A stretch of DNA of 64,000 nucleotides, from NCBI GenBank assembly GCA_050949085.1, contig JBMNFB010000009.1, forward strand, positions 352,446 to 416,445, in the 5' to 3' direction. The notes under the pieces were generated by a model, which was not told the DNA's origin, did not search any database, and saw only the letters and a program-made list of their open reading frames with translations. Below, piece by piece: positions 40,079 to 48,867 of this stretch (position 1 is its first letter; the number at the start of each line of letters is the position of its first letter). This DNA is from Bacillota bacterium (lineage in GTDB: Bacteria > Bacillota > UBA994 > UBA5500). Both the position numbers and the translations under genes were made by a program.

Positions 40079-41989
40079 CTACTTCACCCGGCTGCCCGAT
40101 TCCGCGCCACCCAGCGGAGTGAGCACGGCCAGCCTGTTGCCAGCGGAGGCAGCCAGGACCATACCCTGGGACTCAATGCCCCGCAGCTTGCGCGGCTTCA
40201 GATTGGCCACGATCACCACCTGCTTGCCCACCAGGTCTTCTGGCGCGTATGATGCGGCGATTCCGGCCACAATCGTCCGCTGGGTGGGCCCCATCTGCAC
40301 CGTCAGCTTCAGCAATTTATCGGTTTTCGGCACCCGTTCCGCCGCCAGCACATCGACGACGCGCAGGTCGACCTGATCGAAGAGGTCAATCTCAATCTCA
40401 TCGGCCAGCGGCGGTTCCAGCGTCTTTGGTGCCGGGGTCAGGGCTGCCAGCTCCTTGGCCAGATCAACCCGCGGGAAAATCGGCGCTCCCTTACGCACCC
40501 GCCGCCCACTGGGGAGTAACCCCGGAACAGCCGTCTCCCAGGCAGCAAAATCAGCCGCCTCCAGACCCAGCTGCTCCCAAATCCGAAGCGATGTGCTCGG
40601 CAGGAAAGGCTGGAGCAGTGTTGCCGAGAGCCGCAGCACATCGGCCAGATGGTAGAGCACCGTCGCCAGTTGCCCCCGGGTCTCAGTCGACCTGGCCAGA
40701 ATCCAGGGGGTCGTCTCGTCAATATACTTGTTGGAGCGCTTGATCAGCTCCATAATCGCTTCCAGTGCCACGTTGAACTGCAGGGCGTCGGTGGCGGCTT
40801 CCACCGCTGCCCGCGTCTTGCCGGCCAGTTCGAGCAATGCAGCATCAAACTCGGTCGGCTCAGCTGCCGCCGGAATTTCACCGCCGAAGTACTGCGCAAT
40901 CATGGAGACAGTGCGACTGAGCAGATTGCCCAGGTCGTTGGCCAGATCGGCGTTGAGGCGCGTGATGAACAGTTCGTTGGTGAAATTGCCGTCCGCACCC
41001 AGGGAGATCTCCCGCAACAGATAGTAGCGCAGGGCGTCAACCCCATAGCGCTCCGCGAGGACGACGGGGTCGACCACATTGCCCTTGGACTTGGACATCT
41101 TGTCGCTGTCAAACAGCCACCAGCCGTGCCCATAGACCTGCTTCGGCAGCGGCAGGTCGAGAGCCATCAGCAGTGCTGGCCAGATGATCGAGTGGAAGCG
41201 CACGATCTCCTTCCCCATCAGGTGCACATCGGCCGGCCAGTAACGCTGGAACTGCGCGTCGTCCGTCTGAGTATACCCCAGGGCACTGATATAGCCGCTG
41301 AGCGCATCGATCCAGACATAGGCGACATGCTTTGGATCAAACGGCACCGGGACGCCCCAGGAGAAGGTAGTGCGGGAGACGCAGAGGTCCTCCAGCCCCG
41401 ACCTGAGGAAGTTGTTCACCATCTCGTTGCGCCGCGAGGCCGGCTGGATGAACTCAGGATGCTCCTCGATGTGCCTGAGCAGCCGATCCTGATACCTGGA
41501 AAGACGGAAGAAGTAGCTCTCCTCGGTCACCCACTGTACTTCCCGGCCACAATCGGGGCATTTGCCATCCTTCAGTTGCCGATCGGTCCAGAAGGCTTCG
41601 CACGGCGTGCAGTAATGCCCCTGATACTCGCTCTTGTAGATGTCACCCTGCTCGTACAGTCTGGTAAAGATCCGAGCGACTGCCTGCTTATGCTGCTCGG
41701 CGGTGGTGCGGATAAAGACGTCATAGTCCACAGCGAGGAGCTTCCACAGCGCCTTGAATTCGTCCACCAGATGATCGACGAAGCGTTGCGGATCCTCGCC
41801 CGCCGCCTCAGCCGTCTTCTGGACCTTGAGACCATGCTCGTCGGTGCCGGTGAGGAAGCAGACATCATAGCCCCGCAAACGTTTGTAGCGAGCCAGCGTA
41901 TCGGCCAGGACGCTGGTATAGGCATGGCCGATGTGGGGCTGCCCGCTGGTATAGTAGAGCGGGGTCGTGAGATAAAACTTGGGTTTCAA
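40079..41989 (-). CDS. metG: Methionine--tRNA ligase
   Basis: HIGH (PHIGHAYT), KMSKS (DKMSKSKGN), zinc knuckle CPDCG, C-terminal tRNA-binding domain. TTG 41989 lies 9 nt after GAAGGAGA (track GTG 41998). Confidence 0.95.
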   Translation of the reverse strand: MKPKFYLTTPLYYTSGQPHIGHAYTSVLADTLARYKRLRGYDVCFLTGTDEHGLKVQKTAEAAGEDPQRFVDHLVDEFKALWKLLAVDYDVFIRTTAEQHKQAVARIFTRLYEQGDIYKSEYQGHYCTPCEAFWTDRQLKDGKCPDCGREVQWVTEESYFFRLSRYQDRLLRHIEEHPEFIQPASRRNEMVNNFLRSGLEDLCVSRTTFSWGVPVPFDPKHVAYVWIDALSGYISALGYTQTDDAQFQRYWPADVHLMGKEIVRFHSIIWPALLMALDLPLPKQVYGHGWWLFDSDKMSKSKGNVVDPVVLAERYGVDALRYYLLREISLGADGNFTNELFITRLNADLANDLGNLLSRTVSMIAQYFGGEIPAAAEPTEFDAALLELAGKTRAAVEAATDALQFNVALEAIMELIKRSNKYIDETTPWILARSTETRGQLATVLYHLADVLRLSATLLQPFLPSTSLRIWEQLGLEAADFAAWETAVPGLLPSGRRVRKGAPIFPRVDLAKELAALTPAPKTLEPPLADEIEIDLFDQVDLRVVDVLAAERVPKTDKLLKLTVQMGPTQRTIVAGIAASYAPEDLVGKQVVIVANLKPRKLRGIESQGMVLAASAGNRLAVLTPLGGAESGSRVK

Positions 41990-42088
41990 TGCACTCACTC
42001 TCCTTCAGTGATCAAACCAGGGTAATGGTTGCTTTTCATGCAGGGATAGTATCATTCAGGCGCAAGACACTAACTGTCTGCCTGGGGA

Positions 42089-42384
42089 CAGGGCACCGCC
42101 CACCAAGGCCCTTTGGCGGCGTATTCAAAGGAGCGAGACGAGACGGGATCAGAAGCAGCAACTGTTCGAGCGCCCTTGGCGGTCGCTGAAAGCGCAGCTC
42201 GCTATCCCATTCCTGTGACCAGGGACCCAAAGCTCTGGCCTCTCTGAGCGAGTTTTGCTGCTTCCCCGTCGCGGCGAGCTCATACCGACAGACGAGGGAA
42301 GCCCAGGCCTTGGGGGGCGTGGCCTGTCCCCAGATGCTTCCTTGAAGACTGCGGTCGAGCCCGGACCTGGAGGGGCGTGCCCTG
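42089..42384. repeat. Copy B of the structured inverted-repeat-bounded element, inside the metG 5' leader
   Basis: Arms CAGGGCACCGCCCACC (42089-42104) and GGAGGGGCGTGCCCTG (42369-42384). Blocks GAGACGGGA, AGCAGCAACTGT (42154-42165) and GCGAGTTTTGCTGCT (42248-42262) are in the same order as copy A. Confidence 0.75.
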
Positions 42385-42416
42385 GCCCGAGGCACTTCTT
42401 GCACACAGCCCAAACG

Positions 42417-42672
42417 GTACAAAAAACCGCCATCCCCTCAGGGACGGCGGTCCGTGGTACCACCCTGCTTTGCTGGCTAAAGCCAGCCTCAGCGGCATAA
42501 GAAGCCTATCAGATAACGCCTGAATCACGGGGTGACCTAACTCCTGCGAACTCAGCCACCCGGCTCCGGAGCCATCTTCATCGGTAACCCGTCTGCCGGC
42601 TTGCACCTGCACCGGCTCTCTGGAAGACGCGTTGGTCCGATTACTCTTTCCTTCATTGCCTGTAATTTGCGA
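42417..42672 (-). promoter_or_regulatory. T-box riboswitch leader (candidate Met specifier AUG) with intrinsic terminator at 42420-42450
   Basis: Minus strand: stem I elements AGAGAG and GGTGCAA, then CCGAUGAAGAUGG in the specifier region. T-box AGGGTGGTACCACGG with antiterminator ACGG-accg-CCGT-CCCT. Terminator CCGCCGTCCC-tgag-GGGATGGCGG plus TTTTTTGT; its G-T wobble fits only the minus strand. Confidence 0.85.
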
Positions 42673-42680
42673 TTTGTAGT

Positions 42681-42709
42681 AGGATACCACGCCGGCAGGG
42701 CCGTGTCAA
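42681..42709 (-). promoter_or_regulatory. Sigma-A-type promoter for the T-box/metG transcript
   Basis: Minus strand TTGACA, 17 nt, TATCCT. Confidence 0.55.
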
Positions 42710-42788
42710 ACCCATGGCGCTGCCCAGGCCTGGTTGCCAACATCTATCGCTAGACTTTGAGGGATGGAAAAAAATAAATGGATGTCTA

Positions 42789-42817
42789 TTGACAGCTATT
42801 GGTATAGCTGCTATAGT
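42789..42817 (+). promoter_or_regulatory. Sigma-A-type promoter of the abrB-like gene
   Basis: TTGACA (42789-42794), 17 nt, TATAGT (42812-42817). Confidence 0.65.
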
Positions 42818-42864
42818 ACTTTCTGGGGATGTTTGTCGAATCTTGTCATAAAGGAGGGGAAACA

Positions 42865-43122
42865 ATGAAGTCAACAGGTATTGTTCGCAAGGTAGACGAG
42901 CTGGGCCGCGTGGTGATCCCGATCGAGTTGCGTCGCACCCTGGGTATTGAGGAAAAAGACTCTCTCGAGATCTACGTTGACGGCGAGAAGATCATCCTGA
43001 AGAAATACGAGCCTGCCTGCATCTTCTGCGGAAATGCAGAGGGCATAGTGAACTACCGCGGAAAGAATATCTGCGGGGATTGCCTGAGACAAATCGCCAA
43101 TGACGTTCGTGGAAACGAATAG
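42865..43122 (+). CDS. abrB: AbrB-family transition-state regulator with a C-terminal four-cysteine tail
   Basis: MKSTGIVRKVDELGRVVIPIELRRTLGIEEKDSLEIYVDGEKIILKKY, then CIFCG...CGDC. AAGGAGGGG RBS. Confidence 0.9.
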   Translation: MKSTGIVRKVDELGRVVIPIELRRTLGIEEKDSLEIYVDGEKIILKKYEPACIFCGNAEGIVNYRGKNICGDCLRQIANDVRGNE

Positions 43123-43135
43123 CTGTACATAGCTC

Positions 43136-43166
43136 AGCGGAGCAGATAGCTCCGCTTCTTTTTTTG
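43136..43166 (+). terminator. Rho-independent terminator of abrB
   Basis: AGCGGAGC-agat-GCTCCGCT followed by TCTTTTTTT. Confidence 0.8.
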
Positions 43167-43180
43167 CAGAGGAACTATGG

Positions 43181-43213
43181 AAAAAAGAGCACCCGCGCCG
43201 GGCACGGGTGCTC
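43181..43213 (-). terminator. Rho-independent terminator of rplL
   Basis: Minus strand GAGCACCCG-loop-CGGGTGCTC followed by TTTTTT. Confidence 0.8.
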
Positions 43214-43223
43214 TTTCAAACTA

Positions 43224-43610
43224 CTACTTGACTTCCACGCTGGCGCCAGCTTCTTCCAGCTTAGCCTTGATGGTGTCGGCCTCTTCCTTGCTGACCTTCT
43301 CCTTAACTGCCTTCGGGGCACCGTCGACCAGGCCCTTGGCCTCGACGAGACCCAAACCGGTGATCTCACGAACGACCTTGATGACAGCGATCTTCTTATC
43401 GCCAGCCGAGGTCAGGATAACGTCAAACTCGGTCTGCTCTTCCTCTTCTGCGGCAGGAGCGGCACCACCGGCCACTGGCATGGCCATCGCCATCGGCGCA
43501 GCAGCGCTAACGCCAAACTCCTCCTCCAGAGCCTTGATCAGCTCGGACAGCTCCAGCACCGTCATTTCCTTGATAGCTTCGATAATCTGTTCCTTAGTCA
43601 CTATTCTCAC
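43224..43610 (-). CDS. rplL: Ribosomal protein L7/L12
   Basis: [15 protein letters not shown]...[20 protein letters not shown]. Confidence 0.96.
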   Translation of the reverse strand: MRIVTKEQIIEAIKEMTVLELSELIKALEEEFGVSAAAPMAMAMPVAGGAAPAAEEEEQTEFDVILTSAGDKKIAVIKVVREITGLGLVEAKGLVDGAPKAVKEKVSKEEADTIKAKLEEAGASVEVK

Positions 43611-43646
43611 CTCCTTATGTGGTCAAACCCCTAACAGGGTAGCGAG

Positions 43647-44177
43647 TTAAGCTTCTTCCTTCTGCTTGCGCACTGCCTCAAGCGCATAGCCTAGCTTGCG
43701 GACAGGGCCCTGCAGAACATTGAGGAAACCAGATATCGGCGCTGCAATGGCACCGACCACCTGAGCAACCAACACTTCCCTTGGAGGCAGATCGGCCAGT
43801 GCCTGAACGCCATCGGCCGTGATGACACTGCCCTCCACCAGACCCGCCTTGATAGACAGCATCCGGTTCGCCTTGATGAATTCGGAGACCGCCTTGGCAG
43901 GCGCCACCGGATCCTCGAGGCTATAGGCGATCGCTGTCGCCCCTTCCAGGTACTGATCAAGGTCTGTAATGCCAAGCTCACTGGTAGCCCGCTTGGCCAG
44001 CGTATTCTTGACCACCTTGAAATCGACACCGGCAGCGCGCAGCTGACGGCGCAGCTCAGTGACCTTGATCACGTTGATGCCACGGAAGTCCGTCAGGACA
44101 GCCCCCTTGGCGTTACCCAGCTTCTCAACCAGTTCCTGAACCACCGCTTGTTTCTGTTCGCGGCTGATACCCATCAT
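43647..44177 (-). CDS. rplJ: Ribosomal protein L10
   Basis: Typical L10 sequence and position. Two adjacent ATGs (44177/44174) after AAGGAGGTG. Confidence 0.94.
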   Translation of the reverse strand: MMGISREQKQAVVQELVEKLGNAKGAVLTDFRGINVIKVTELRRQLRAAGVDFKVVKNTLAKRATSELGITDLDQYLEGATAIAYSLEDPVAPAKAVSEFIKANRMLSIKAGLVEGSVITADGVQALADLPPREVLVAQVVGAIAAPISGFLNVLQGPVRKLGYALEAVRKQKEEA

Positions 44178-44184
44178 CCCACCT

Positions 44185-44330
44185 CCTTAGCAGAGTCTCT
44201 GGGAAACCAAACATGGCCTCCGCAGACAGCGAAGGCCATGAAAAGCACACTAAGCTAATCAGGTTATCTTCACCTCGGCAGGCGGTTTCCCTTTAGGCCT
44301 TCCGGCACCTGCTGTCTACGGTCATTTGCC
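44185..44330 (-). promoter_or_regulatory. Ribosomal protein L10 leader (autoregulatory RNA) with attenuator hairpin at 44201-44240
   Basis: Structured untranslated leader between the promoter and rplJ. Attenuator CATGGCCTTCGC-tgtct-GCGGAGGCCATG followed by TTTGGTTT. Family assignment is from position and general knowledge of L10 leaders, not from a covariance-model search. Confidence 0.55.
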
Positions 44331-44359
44331 AGTATACCAGCCACAGCTGGTCTCGTCAA
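44331..44359 (-). promoter_or_regulatory. Sigma-A-type promoter for rplJL
   Basis: Minus strand TTGACG, 17 nt, TATACT. Confidence 0.6.
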
Positions 44360-44368
44360 TTGGAATTA

Positions 44369-45070
44369 CTAGGCGTTACCACCCGTAGCTCGTAGCGGAT
44401 GGATCCGCACCCCGGGCCCCATAGTCGAGGACACAGTGACGCTGCGCACGTACTGCCCTCTGGCTCCGGAAGGCCTGGCCTTGATCAGGGCATCCATCAG
44501 CGCCTCAAAGTTCTCCTGCAGCTTCTCGGTCTCGAAGGAAACCTTGCCGATGGGCGCATGAACAATACCGGCGCGGTCGACTCGGTATTCGATCTTACCG
44601 GCCTTGCTGTCCTGAACAGCGCGGCCAACATCCATCGTCACTGTACCGATCCGCGGGTTGGGCATCAGCCCTCTGGGGCCGAGGATACGGCCCAGCCGAC
44701 CGACAACACCCATCATATCCGGTGTAGCGATGGCGACATCAAAATCGAGCCAGCCCTGCTGGATCCGCTGCGCCAGATCCTCAGCGCCGACGTAGTCGGC
44801 ACCGGCCTCTTCGGCTTCCTGCGCTTTGGCATCCCGGGCAAAAACGAGGACGCGAACCGTCTTACCGGTTCCGTGTGGCAGCACAACCGCCCCACGCACC
44901 TGCTGATCAGCATGCTTCGGATTGACTCCCAGCTTGATGGCCGCCTCAACCGTCTCATCAAACTTGGCCGAGGCAATCTGCTTGACCAGGTCAATCGCCT
45001 GTGTTACATCATGCAGCTCCATGCGATCAAACTGTTTGAGGGCGTCCTGATACTTCTTTCCACGTTTCAT
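44369..45070 (-). CDS. rplA: Ribosomal protein L1
   Basis: [15 protein letters not shown]...[15 protein letters not shown]. Confidence 0.96.
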   Translation of the reverse strand: MKRGKKYQDALKQFDRMELHDVTQAIDLVKQIASAKFDETVEAAIKLGVNPKHADQQVRGAVVLPHGTGKTVRVLVFARDAKAQEAEEAGADYVGAEDLAQRIQQGWLDFDVAIATPDMMGVVGRLGRILGPRGLMPNPRIGTVTMDVGRAVQDSKAGKIEYRVDRAGIVHAPIGKVSFETEKLQENFEALMDALIKARPSGARGQYVRSVTVSSTMGPGVRIHPLRATGGNA

Positions 45071-45133
45071 CTGTGGTCTGCACCTCCTGTGGTCTTAGCG
45101 GGATAACCCTCCCACAATCTTTCTGCCTTGATC

Positions 45134-45559
45134 TCAGTCGACAACCGTGATGCCCATGCTCCGGGCAGTACCCTCAATCATCCGCATGGCTGCTTCCACC
45201 GAAGCCGCGTTGAGATCGGGCATTTTGGTTTGTGCAATCTCCCGAACTTGATCTCGGGTAATGGTGGCAACTTTGTTACGGTTGGGAACACCAGAACCAG
45301 ACTCAATGCCCACTGCCTTCTTTAACAGCACAGCAGCTGGTGGGGTCTTAGTAATGAACGTAAAAGAACGATCCTGATAAACAGAAATCTCAACCGGGAT
45401 AATCATCCCCATCTGTTTGGATGTGCGTTCATTGAACTCCTTCAAAAACCCCATCATGTTAATGCCAGTCTGAGCCAGGGCAGGTCCAACCGGTGGAGCG
45501 GGTGTTGCTTTGCCAGCTTGCAGTTGAAGCTTGACAACCCTAACTAGCTTCTTAGCCAT
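45134..45559 (-). CDS. rplK: Ribosomal protein L11
   Basis: [29 protein letters not shown]. Confidence 0.96.
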   Translation of the reverse strand: MAKKLVRVVKLQLQAGKATPAPPVGPALAQTGINMMGFLKEFNERTSKQMGMIIPVEISVYQDRSFTFITKTPPAAVLLKKAVGIESGSGVPNRNKVATITRDQVREIAQTKMPDLNAASVEAAMRMIEGTARSMGITVVD

Positions 45560-45623
45560 GAACGTCCACCTCCCTTTCCCTCATGTCTTGTTGTTCAGGC
45601 CTGAAAGAATCAGGCGCTGATAC

Positions 45624-46151
45624 TCAGACCTTATCGACCTGAGTATAGTCCAATTCCACGGGGGTTTCCCGTCCAAAGAGAGAGACCCTCACCTTCACCT
45701 TCTGCCGCTCGTGGTTTAGCTCTTCCACCACACCGACAAAATTCTGGAACGGGCCGCTGGTAATCCGCACTGATTCGCCGACCTCAAGATCAATCCGAAC
45801 TTGGGCCGCTTCGCCGCCAACCTGCCGCATGATCTGCCTAACCTCATGCTCCTCCAGGGGGATCGGTTTGGTTCCAGATCCGACAAAGCCGGTGACACCA
45901 GGCGTATTGCGTACCACATACCAGGAGTCGTCCGTGACGATCATCTCCACCAGGACGTACCCGGGGAAAACCTTCTTCTTAACCACCTTTTTCTTGCCGT
46001 CCCGTCCCGTCTCAACCGTATCCTCCAGAGGAACCATCACACGGAAAATCTTGTCCTCCATCTCCATGGATTGGACACGCTTCTCCAGATTGGTTTTCAC
46101 CTTATTCTCATAGCCGGAGTAAGTGTGAACTACATACCACTGTTTTTCCAT
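45624..46151 (-). CDS. nusG: Transcription termination/antitermination factor NusG
   Basis: WYVVHTYSGYENKV NGN domain and a C-terminal KOW domain (GESVRITSGPFQNFVGVV). Confidence 0.95.
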   Translation of the reverse strand: MEKQWYVVHTYSGYENKVKTNLEKRVQSMEMEDKIFRVMVPLEDTVETGRDGKKKVVKKKVFPGYVLVEMIVTDDSWYVVRNTPGVTGFVGSGTKPIPLEEHEVRQIMRQVGGEAAQVRIDLEVGESVRITSGPFQNFVGVVEELNHERQKVKVRVSLFGRETPVELDYTQVDKV

Positions 46152-46210
46152 GCTAACTCGGGGCCAGATGGCCCCTGCCTCCTCCTTGTTTGCGGTTGAT
46201 CCGATACGGG

Positions 46211-46426
46211 TTACACATTGAGCAGCCGCTCAAGGACATAGCTGATCGAGGTGTCCACAACGTAGAGCAGGACGGTAATGGCCAAGACGGTCACCAGCAC
46301 AACGAGGGTGTAGACCATCGTCTGGCGACGAGTCGGCCAGATCACACGCCTCAGCTCTGAACGAACATCCCGGAAAAACTTCCACAGATTGCGGCCACCA
46401 TCTGCAATTCTAGCCAATAGACCCAT
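46211..46426 (-). CDS. secE: Preprotein translocase subunit SecE
   Basis: 71 aa. FFRDVRSELRRVIWPTRRQT followed by a single TM. Synteny rpmG-secE-nusG. Confidence 0.9.
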   Translation of the reverse strand: MGLLARIADGGRNLWKFFRDVRSELRRVIWPTRRQTMVYTLVVLVTVLAITVLLYVVDTSISYVLERLLNV

Positions 46427-46453
46427 TACTATTCACCCCCGCCTGTTTCCACT

Positions 46454-46603
46454 CTAGCGGGTCTCACGATGGGTCGTGTGAGTCTTACAGAAGCGGCAAT
46501 ATTTTTTCAGCTCAAGGCGGTCAGTAGTCGTTCTGCGGTTCTTGCTGGTACGATAATTGCGCTGTCTGCAGTCGGTGCAAGCCAGCGTAATACCAACGCG
46601 CAT
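46454..46603 (-). CDS. rpmG: Ribosomal protein L33
   Basis: [24 protein letters not shown]...[17 protein letters not shown] 46603 follows GTGAGGTG. Confidence 0.93.
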   Translation of the reverse strand: MRVGITLACTDCRQRNYRTSKNRRTTTDRLELKKYCRFCKTHTTHRETR

Positions 46604-46770
46604 GTGCTTTCGCACCTCACTTCCTCTTGGTACTATGCATAGGTTACTCAATCAAGTTATCACAGAGGGCATCTTATGTCAATACTTGGCCCCCTGGCAA
46701 AAGCCGCCCCAGCCGAGAAAAAGGCGCGGCCAAAGCCGCGCCTTGCCCCTATCAAATCCGCTGGACTTGA

Positions 46771-47974
46771 TTATTCGATGATCTCGGTTACAACGCCCGA
46801 ACCAACCGTGCGGCCGCCCTCGCGGATGGCGAGACGCAGGCCCCGCTCCAGAGCGATCGGCGTGATCAGCTCGATGGTCATGGTCACGTTGTCACCAGGC
46901 ATGACCATCTCCACGCCCTCCGGCAGCTCGATGCTACCGGTCACGTCGGTGGTGCGGAAGAAGAACTGCGGACGATAGCCGCTGAAGAATGCGGTATGGC
47001 GGCCGCCCTCTTCCTTCTTCAGGACGTAGACTTCAGCCTTGAACTTGGTGTGCGGCTTGATGGTGCCCGGCTTGGCCAGAACCATACCGCGCTCGATGGA
47101 CTGGCGATCGACACCGCGCAGCAGCAGACCGACGTTGTCGCCGGCTTCAGCCCGCTCCAGCAGCTTGCGGAACATCTCCACGCCGGTGACGACAGTCTTG
47201 CGGGATTCCTCGCGCAGGCCGACGATCTCTACCTCGTCGCCAACCTTGACGGTGCCGCGCTCGACCCGGCCGGTACCCACAGTTCCCGCGACCGGTGATG
47301 GTGAAGACGTCTTCCACCGGCATCAGGAACGGCTTGTCAGCCTCGCGCTCAGGAGTCGGGATGTACTCGTCCACGACATCCATCAGCTCCCAGATCTTGC
47401 CGCACCACTCGCAGTCGCGGCTGCCGCAACCGCACTCCAGTGCCTTCAGAGCGGAACCGACCACGATCGGCGTGTCATCGCCTGGATAGCCGTAATCGGA
47501 AAGCAGCTCGCGCACTTCCATCTCTACCAGCTCGATCAGCTCAGGATCGTCCACCATGTCGGCCTTGTTCAGGAAGACAACGATGTAGGGGACGTTAACC
47601 TGGTGAGCCAGCAGGATGTGCTCGCGCGTCTGGGGCATCGGGCCGTCAGCGGCCGATACCACGAGAATGGCACCGTCCATCTGGGCTGCACCGGTGATCA
47701 TGTTCTTGATGTAGTCAGCGTGACCCGGGCAGTCGACGTGAGCATAGTGCCGACTCTCGGTCTCATACTCCACGTGCGAAGTGTTGATGGTGATGCCGCG
47801 GGCCTTCTCTTCTGGCGCCTTGTCGATCTGGTCGTAGCCCATCTTGGCGGCGCCGCCTACGGTCGAAAGAGCGCTGGTCAGGGCTGCCGTCAGTGTGGTC
47901 TTGCCATGGTCGATATGACCGATGGTGCCAATGTTCACGTGCGGCTTGGTGCGCTCAAACTTTTGCTTTGCCAT
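46771..47974 (-). pseudogene. tuf: Elongation factor Tu with the frame broken by a 1-nt insertion (track pieces 47147..47974 and 46771..47280)
   Basis: The N-piece has [18 protein letters not shown] and NKAD and ends ...FTITGRG, then nonsense. The C-piece resumes ...[20 protein letters not shown]. Minus strand reads CGC GGG AAC TGT GGG TAC CGG; deleting one A (plus TT at 47283-47284) restores [12 protein letters not shown] and a 400-codon ORF. Confidence 0.85.
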
Positions 47975-48130
47975 CTTGATTTAACCCTCCTCCTCACAGA
48001 CAGTGGCCTGTCTGCTATCCTTAATATTACCAACCTCATCGCGGCAAGTCAAACAAATTATCAAAAAGCTTGCCAGGCAGTGGCAAGTACAAAAACCCCA
48101 GCCGTTCTCGGCTGGGGCCAAATCTGCGTA

Positions 48131-48206
<76 letters not shown>

Positions 48207-48312
48207 GGATTAAATCCTTTCAAATCCCTTTGGGATTTGCAGTGGTACAAGCCGATAGTTGCTACCGCAACAATCGCTTTATTGGATTATCAAATCCCTT
48301 TGGGATTTGAAT

Positions 48313-48389
<77 letters not shown>

Positions 48390-48502
48390 CCGTTATCGAG
48401 TTGTGGTTATCAAATCCCTTCAGGATTTGCAGTGGTACAAGCCGATAGTTGCTACCGCAACGATCGCTTTATTGGATTATCAAATCCCTTCAGGATTTGA
48501 AA

Positions 48503-48579
<77 letters not shown>

Positions 48580-48594
48580 TCGTTTCACATATTG

Positions 48595-48668
48595 TGGAGC
48601 GGGTGATGGGAATCGAACCCACGCAGCCAGCTTGGAAGGCTGGTGCTCTACCATTGAGCTACACCCGC
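48595..48668 (-). tRNA. tRNA-Gly (anticodon TCC)
   Basis: GCGGGTG/CACCCGC acceptor, CCAGC-CTTCCAA-GCTGG anticodon arm, 4-nt variable loop, CCA encoded. Confidence 0.9.
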
Positions 48669-48679
48669 AGACAAATCAA

Positions 48680-48765
48680 TGGTGGAGGAGACTGGATTCG
48701 AACCAGTGAAGGCAATGCCAGCAGATTTACAGTCTGCCCCCTTTGGCCAGCTCGGGTACTCCTCC
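48680..48765 (-). tRNA. tRNA-Tyr (anticodon GTA)
   Basis: GGAGGAG/CTCCTCC acceptor, GCAGA-CTGTAAA-TCTGC anticodon arm, long variable arm, CCA encoded. Confidence 0.9.
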
Positions 48766-48867
48766 ATTTAGCCGTATAGCGCCTCACTTGGAGACAGATT
48801 TTATTATACGCCGCTTTCGGCCAACAGTCAAGGGGCGGCATGATTTGGCTGCCGACCAATATCAGGA

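Noticed and set aside
42040-42416. A second T-box or other known riboswitch inside the long metG leader
   Set aside because: No second GGTGGTACC T-box sequence, AGAGA/GGTGNRA stem I elements or terminator/antiterminator pair were found. The region is instead homologous to 30377-30790.
46771-47974. Treating 47147..47974 and 46771..47280 as two separate genes (a truncated GTPase plus a domain II/III protein)
   Set aside because: The two pieces overlap and join perfectly into one EF-Tu after removal of a single base. The tail of the first ORF ([15 protein letters not shown]...) is out-of-frame EF-Tu sequence.
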